Shown here: piece after piece, positions 17,904 to 24,295 of the stretch
Position numbering within the stretch: position 1 is the first letter of the stretch
Layout: every line of letters starts with the position of its first letter
From: a virus
Taxonomy: Duplodnaviria > Heunggongvirae > Uroviricota > Caudoviricetes
Length of the DNA: 24,295 bases
Reading direction: 5' to 3' (one strand)
IMG/VR virus record: IMGVR_UViG_3300042259_000129
The notes under the pieces: generated by a model
Database searches by the model: none
The model's input: the letters and a program-made list of their open reading frames with translations, nothing else
What the model was told of the DNA's origin: nothing
Translations under genes and position numbers: made by a program

Positions 17904-18461
17904 TTAGTTAACATTCTCAAGAGAGCATCAAAAGATAGTCTCTGCCATGACAGCCACTTCTACCCACTCACCAGTTTCCTCATCGAGGACCTCCTTCGTC
18001 TCGCCAGTATCAACAAGATAGGCTTCTTCAGGCAACACCATCTTCACATGGCTAAAGTAGAAACCCATAAAGTCACCAAAAAGAGCCGCACGGCCCTCAA
18101 GGATGTCTTCGTAGGGCACACCAGCATCGAGGTCACTCTGAATAAGCGCAGCAGCTACAGGGTGCATCGTACTCAGATCAGGCTCAATCCCCATCATCAG
18201 CGCACCAACAACAGGATCGGTAGCGAGGCCGTCAACTTCCCACGAAGAGATGTCGAAGGCTTCAGCGTGTTTAGCCTTAGCGTCTGCAAACTCTCCCTTG
18301 TAGAAGTGGATGCAGCGAAGTTTGTAGGTTGTGTCGTCCACGGTGAACACACCGCAATCCTGGGAGTTCTCCCAATGGATACCGTAAAGATACCCAGAGG
18401 GAGAATCTACACTCACTTTATAGTAGGCCGCAAAGCGCGGTCCTCGGTCTATGAAAGGCAT
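17904..18461 (-). CDS. Fibre-associated hypothetical protein (177 aa to the TGA at 17928; 185 aa to the TAA at 17904 if TGA=Trp)
   Basis: TAATG-coupled to the fibre gene; about 53% G+C on line 18121-18180; acidic; a chaperone or assembly role is only a positional guess. Confidence 0.75.
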
Positions 18462-21400
18462 TATGCCACCATCCTTGTTTCGATTTCGGTGTCGGACATG
18501 CCGCCCTTGTTGCTTACCATGACTCTGCGGAACCAGATTGGAACAGTGTTACCATAAGCGAGTCGCAGGTGGGTTAAGGTGTTAAAGCTACCATCGAAGG
18601 ATATCCAACTACTCCATTGGATAGCAGAGTTGATGCCGATGCGTTTATATCCAACTCGGAATTGTGTACCGTCAGCATTAGTTTGGATAAGTTTGATATG
18701 GCGTTCATAACGGTTCCACGAGAATCCTGCGACGTTTGTACCATTTGTCCCATCCCAATCTTTGACAATAACAGGAGTTGTATAAATATTGTCATACCCA
18801 TGTCCAAGAAAGCTGTTCCATGTAGAACCCGTGTTCGGGGCGAGGATGTTGGCCCACGTTGACATACCCAACCCAGCCAAATCCCCGCTCCCAACACCCA
18901 TCGTCACTTCAGCCGCCACCGTGCATGTAGCAGGTTTGAGTTTCTGGACGGAGATATTGTCAATGATTACTGTATTTCCAGTTGATCCATATAGATTACC
19001 AACACGTACATAACAAGAGGCTGACGTTGGCGTAAAACTAAATGTAATAATACCAGAGCCTGTCTGCGATATATTTTTATACTCACCACCACTTAATGTT
19101 GAACCCAGGCGAATATTAAGACTTCCAGGGTTTCCGCCAAGAAGTTCCACTGAGAAGATATATGTCTTCCCAACTTCTAGTGTTAATAGCTGATATACAT
19201 ATCCAGAATACGCATCACTATTTGTTATTGTTAACAGTCCATCGGATACAGTTTGGACGCCATAGTTGGTCACCGTCCACCCACTCACATCACTATCAAA
19301 CGTCCCATTCGTAACCAACTCCACCCCATCAGTTTCACTCTTCTCAAAGCACTGCATGAGAGGAGAGGAGAGGCGTTGGACGGAGATGTTGTCCCATTCA
19401 GAGTAGAGTCCATCACCCATGCCATAAAGTGTAATATAAAGGACTGACGACTCTGCTACAAAGTCATGTACATTAACTCCATCACTAGTAATTGACGCTA
19501 TTTGTGAACTACCAGCAGAATAGTACCCTAGTCTAATTTCTGGCGAAGCGGCTGTTGGAATCGTTACGCCTGTGAACCTATACTTTGCACCAACAATAAG
19601 GCTCACTGTCGTACTTGCAGCATATGCCCCATCACCAGCGTTACCAGACACATGAAGTTTACCATCAACTACACTTAGTATACCATAACTTACAGAGGTC
19701 CACCCATCAGTTGTACTATCGAAAGTACCATTATACACCAACTCCACACCATCAGGCTCTTCGGCCATATCGAAGTAGATACCGTTGTTGCCAGAGGTTC
19801 CAGCAGCGGAGGCTACGGTTGTTCCTGGGGGGACGTAGGGCATGGGGGCTGATGTGGCGGTGAGTTGAGGACATGTTATATAACAATAGAAGCCACCAGC
19901 ACCACCAGAAGAGTTAGGATAAATATAGGTCCGCAAAGAATTACCTACTGTAAATCCACTGATCGTACAGGATAATTCATACCAGCCATCATCTAATTCA
20001 ACCAAACCAAAAGTTCCACTGCCAGATTTAATGGTTATATTAAGGGTGTCCCAATTAAATCCTATTTGAACAACATTAGAGCGAAGTGTTGCGTCCCAAA
20101 ATAGCAGGTCTGTATTAAATGCAGTGCCTCTTTTGAGTTTAACACTAAATGTTGCGTTACTAGATGGAAAGGTGGCCACTGTCTGAAGACTGTATGCTCC
20201 AGTTGATAGGGATTCTGCCTTGAAAACAGGTGAGTTCCCAAACCTAAGGTTCGTAAGCTCATAATCTACTAAACCACCACCCCATAATGTTGAGGCAAGG
20301 TTTTCGCTACCAACCGCAAGCAAGTTCCCATAACTCGGCCCACACCACACACCCTTATCACCATGAATAGCAGGCACGTAGTCTGTTAGTTCGTTAACAG
20401 TGGTGAGCGGGGGTACGTACGGGGCGGTAAAAACTGTTGTTAGCTGTGGGTTTTGAATGCTAATTCCAGAGACACCATCCCCGAGATAATTTCTATTTGA
20501 TGCCCAATTGGTATCCTTTGCAACTCTAACATCAAGAACAATACTGGTTGCAGATGTAGCTACTCCACTTACATATACGGTAATTGATCCATCATTATTC
20601 CTTATAGACCTGAAGACAGGTGAGCCAGAGACGCTAGCCAATGCGCCAGTAATTAAATCCACAGACACAAAGTAAACGAGGCCGCCGCCATTCAAGCCAA
20701 CATACGCAAAATTTCTACCATTCGGTTTAATAGTAATACTGCCAGTATAACTCACGCCAATAACGGCTGTGATACCACTTGTAACATAATGAGCTTCGGC
20801 TAGTACTGATTCGGTAACTTTGTACCAATCCCCATCAGTGGTTATCGTCGCCCCTGTTTTGCTCCAAGTTGTAATGTCATTAGAGGTAATGTGGTTCGTA
20901 TACCCAGGCCCACTCCACCAAAGCCGCCCATCACCATTAAGGTCAGTAGGTTCATTCAGCCCAACATAGCTCCCATCTTCAGCATACATCCTGTCACTGT
21001 AAGACCAGTTAGGATCGGGACCAACAGCACTACGCTGCCCACCGTCTTCTACGCGATAGAGGAGCTTAACATCATCGAACCGTGTAACCTTCCCATACAG
21101 ACTATCGCTCTGGGGAATTTCAATCCACCACAATCCAATGTTCAAATATACTTTCTTAGGCTCATACGCATCCACAATACAGAAAGTGCCCTGCTGGTAG
21201 TCACCAACATTGGGAAGGTTCTGAGAACGAATGACAGTGTAGGGCATCCAATCTCTATCAATCTTACCCTGACTGTCTGCACGCACAACCTTGTCGGCGG
21301 CGGGGGAGGTAGAGGTTTCAGACTGATTGACAGCGTTGATCTGCGTAGTTGTTACGCCATGAGGATTAGCTGTGCTCGCAATGTGAGACTGAATGTTAGA

Positions 21401-21736
21401 GTTTGCAGGTTCAGCACCAACCTGAGAGTAGGTAACGCCATGAGGATTAGCTGTGCTCGCAATGTGAGACTGAATGTTAGAGTTTGCAGGTTCAGCACCA
21501 ACCTGAGAGTAGGTAACGCCATGCGGGTTACTGGTGTTTGCTATATGACTTTCAAAATCTGATATATCAGAAATATCTATACCCGCTGCTTGTCACCCAG
21601 TATCTGTTCCATAATATAAATGATTTATATCCTCGACATAAATCATTCGACCTTCATCAGTGGATTGTCATGTAGGAAGTGTAGACACCTTTTGGTGAAT
21701 AAACTTACCCTTCATTTCTATACCGTGAAATTTCAT
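18461..21736 (-). CDS. Long tail fibre / receptor-binding protein, 1091 aa (TGA=Trp at 21668-21670 and 21593-21595)
   Basis: True start ATG 21736 after GAGGA, in frame with track ORF 18461..21286; HIxxxxNPH repeats, two ELVxNGTFD...W...DNISVQ beta-sandwich modules, Gly/Ser/Thr-rich. Confidence 0.85.
21354..21523. repeat. Perfect 81-bp tandem duplication (two units plus 8 bp) encoding HGVTYSQVGAEPANSNIQSHIASTANP
   Basis: ACGCCATG recurs at 21354, 21435 and 21516 with identical intervening sequence. Confidence 0.95.
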
Positions 21737-21847
21737 CTATTTGTCCTCAAAAAGAAAGAAGTTAGAATTTCATTTTCGTGTTAACTTTTTAGGTTAAAAA
21801 TAACAGGACTTGGGGATCCCTCGAAAATAAAATTTTGATTATAAATT

Positions 21848-21855
21848 TATTTATA
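21848..21855 (-). promoter_or_regulatory. T4 late-promoter-like TATAAATA in the gap upstream of the fibre gene
   Basis: Exact consensus, intergenic, correctly oriented; chance occurrence is plausible. Confidence 0.3.
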
Positions 21856-21859
21856 AAAA

Positions 21860-22636
21860 TTAATACTTAATACAGGGAAGCAATGCAATGTTTCTTGGTC
21901 TTGTTTCAGTTCCTCCCGTGTATCCAATACAACCTGGATCACTTGCTGCTCTTTCTGCATCATCAGCATACAATCCCGGGGCATACAACTGAGGACTGTT
22001 CGAACCTCTATCATTGCCATATTGTGTATGTCTATGACTTTTTAGTTCATCACTTTGAAAACTTCCAAAGCTTCGCCCAGAATCAATTCCTCTACCAGCA
22101 TCTCAACACCTAATAAATTCGCCTCTAAGATCAGGAACCCCGAATGTTGTAGTTCCATTTCCCGCCCCAAATGTTGTTCCAATTGCAGAAAATAATGAAG
22201 AATAAGTAGTTCTTGAAACAATAGAGCCGTTACAAATTAAATATCCTACCGGAGCAGTATTTCTTGCAAAATAAAGAATGGCTCCAGGGGGGACTAACTG
22301 ATTTTGAATTAAATCAACAGTATCATGAGGGTCATTTGTATCCGCTACATGGGCATTAAATGTAGATAAAGGTGTTGCTCCAATTTGAACAGAGGTCACT
22401 TGATGAGGATTATTAAAATCATTAATGTGATTATTAATTTCATCAATAGCTGTGTCTACATCATCTGAAATAAGTAGTCGTACTCACTCAGTTTGAGATC
22501 CGTAATAAACAACACCACCCATTTCTGAGCTTATATAAACATATCGACCAATATCAGAGTCAACATCAAATTCTGGAAGAGCATCAAGTTTTTCCAGAAT
22601 CATCGGTCCATCCATTTCTATTCCATAAAATTTCAT
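21860..22636 (-). CDS. Tail collar-domain fibre protein, 258 aa (TGA=Trp at 22484-22486 and 22103-22105)
   Basis: PPGAILYFA...APVGYLICNG...LFSAIGTTFG...PDLRGEFIRC[W]DAGRGIDSGR...GGTETRPRNIALLPCIKY is the canonical collar domain; ATG after GAGGT. Confidence 0.93.
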
Positions 22637-22646
22637 TTCTTACCTC

Positions 22647-23684
22647 TTAAAAATAGCCAAAGATTTTAACAACAGCATTTGGATTTGATCCAGCTTTAAT
22701 CTTAACTTCATTTTCATCAATACTTTCAATTTCTGTTAATGTTAAAACTTTCTTTACATCCGTATCCCAACATGTTACAGAAGGGTATTCCTGATTCAAA
22801 TTGTGAACAATATTGAAAGAATATACTCCGCCACCTTCATCAGTCCATGCTGTAATAGTTTGGGTAAATGTAGAATTTGAAAATCTTTCATGAATATCAT
22901 AAATTGTTTTATTGCTTACAATTCTATTATAAACAACATCATCTGAGCTGGGATCTACCTCATATAGTCCATGAGCATAGCCTGAGGGAGCTGCAGATAG
23001 AGACATTGTTTCAAAAATAAAATTTCTATGATCTTCTCAACCTTTAGCAATTGTATTATTTAAAATCTTATTAAAGGTTGGATCCTCATTATAAGCATTA
23101 ACAGGTTGAAGATTGTGAGGATTTGTAGGATCAGGAGAAATCAATATTGAATTAAATACAGCATTTTTATGCGTTTGTCATCCATTTGCAAGAAAATTAT
23201 TAACAACTTTATTATATGTTTCATCGGTCTGTGATAAATCAACATTTGTTAAACCATGAATAGGAAGTCCATTATAAACGACATCATGGTTAGTATGCGT
23301 ATAAAAAATATTTGCTAAAGCATTACTAATAAGTTTATTTTTATATGTCGAAGATGTATCAAATTCATCTACACCCTCAACAAGAGGAAAAACATCAATA
23401 TAATCAATAATGCCGGAAGAAATGCCATCTCTTTCCCAAGCTATTTTAAATTTAGTACCCCTGGAATATCCAAGAATTGTATCTTCTTCATCTGCAACTC
23501 AAAATTCAAAATAACCATTGGATGTTGTAGTTAATTGGGGCGCCACATTGAGTGATGTTGTTAAATCCTCTGAAGTAAAAATATTAGCAGGTGTACTTGT
23601 TCCAGCTAAAAATACAGAAACACTAGCACCATTAATAGGCTGCCCTTCCTGATTTAAAAGAAATTGTCAAAAGTGATATCTCAT
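22647..23684 (-). CDS. Virion structural protein, 345 aa, with head-binding-like N-terminus and four internal repeats (TGA=Trp at 23667, 23499, 23178, 23037)
   Basis: GQPINGASVSVFLAGT...NGYFEF[W] N-terminus, repeated VD...YNK..N..A.G[W]..H units, C-terminal W...HNL module; ATG after AAGGA. Confidence 0.8.
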
Positions 23685-24295
23685 TTATAACTTCCTTATA
23701 GATACTCTATAGAATATTGTCATTGTAAAATTTTGAGATTTATAAATGTTTGAACAAAGAGTTTCAAATAAAACTTCATCCAAATCTGTCAATATCTCAA
23801 TTTTATTTATAGTCATTAGAACTTCTTTTGGCACATCTAATCTAAAATATATAAAATTTTCATCATTTCACATTTCAGTAATTAGACTTTCATAAGTCAA
23901 ACTTGTTAAATTATTTGACAATTTAAACTTTGTAAGTTTAAGAATATCTGTAAAAATAGGTGAACCTATTGCTACTAATACAGCATATCCGGAAATTTCC
24001 CTATCAAATTCAATAATAGTATTATTTTCATCTAATAGAGTTATATTCTTAGGATATATTTTTTTATTTTCATCATTATATATATTTACTAAAACACCCG
24101 AATACCCTAAATTGTGGTTTATATTTCAAACATTTGAAGTTGTATTATTATGAAGATATGTATATCTATCTATAATAATTTGTCCTGTTTTAATACTAGT
24201 ACTTACTTTATTTACTTCATCTAATTTTATATATGATGGAATAAACTCTTGTTTTTCTAAATCAAATATTTGTGTATAAACTTCTTTTACATTTA
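23685..24295 (-). CDS. C-terminal part of a virion structural protein (starts outside the window; TGA=Trp at 24126 and 23868)
   Basis: 203 codons open apart from two TGA; V[W]NINHNLG motif; its TAA abuts the next ATG. Confidence 0.8.

Noticed and set aside
21354-21523. Tandem repeat as a CRISPR array or DGR template/variable pair
   Set aside because: Units are contiguous, in frame and identical, with no spacers, no adenine-specific mismatches and no reverse transcriptase or cas gene in the window.
18048-22113. Plus-strand track ORFs including 169 aa at 18048 and 223 aa at 20891
   Set aside because: Antisense to the fibre cassette, where higher G+C lowers stop frequency; the repeat in the 223-aa ORF is only the reverse of the 81-bp duplication.
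23804-23811. TATAAATA on the - strand about 120 nt upstream of the 345-aa gene
   Set aside because: Lies inside a coding region, and the 8-mer is expected several times by chance at this AT content.
6744-24295. Reading the TGA-interrupted genes as pseudogenes or selenoproteins
   Set aside because: Every interruption is TGA, frames and RBSs are intact, several genes are essential, and the aligned residues are Trp rather than Cys.

Overview
AT-rich (about 30% G+C on sampled lines) segment of a large T4-like lytic phage genome that reads TGA as tryptophan (code 4-like), so the supplied standard-code ORF track truncates or misses nine genes. Re-translation restores a gp41-like helicase, a dUTPase, a GIY-YIG homing endonuclease, the N-terminus of a glycosyltransferase, a PAAR (gp5.4-like) protein and four tail genes. 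I count 20 in-frame TGA codons in them, many at positions where the family has Trp. None of the 29 native stops I can see is TGA. The + strand (1.2-17.9 kb) carries nucleotide-metabolism and replication genes: kinases, deaminase, NAD-dependent ligase, ThyX, dUTPase, a close T4 gp42-like dCMP hydroxymethylase, type II topoisomerase, clamp loader and clamp. The - strand (17.9-24.3 kb) carries tail-fibre genes. TGA use is very uneven by hand count: 3 TGA vs 39 TGG in replication/metabolism genes, 11 vs 4 in native structural sequence, and 6 vs 1 in the endonuclease. A GC-richer 3.6 kb fibre cassette has 27 TGG and no internal TGA, and its last gene stops on TGA, so it looks imported from a standard-code donor and fused to a native recoded N-terminus. 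No tRNA, release factor or CRISPR array is visible. Family assignments come from motif recognition only; no searches were run.
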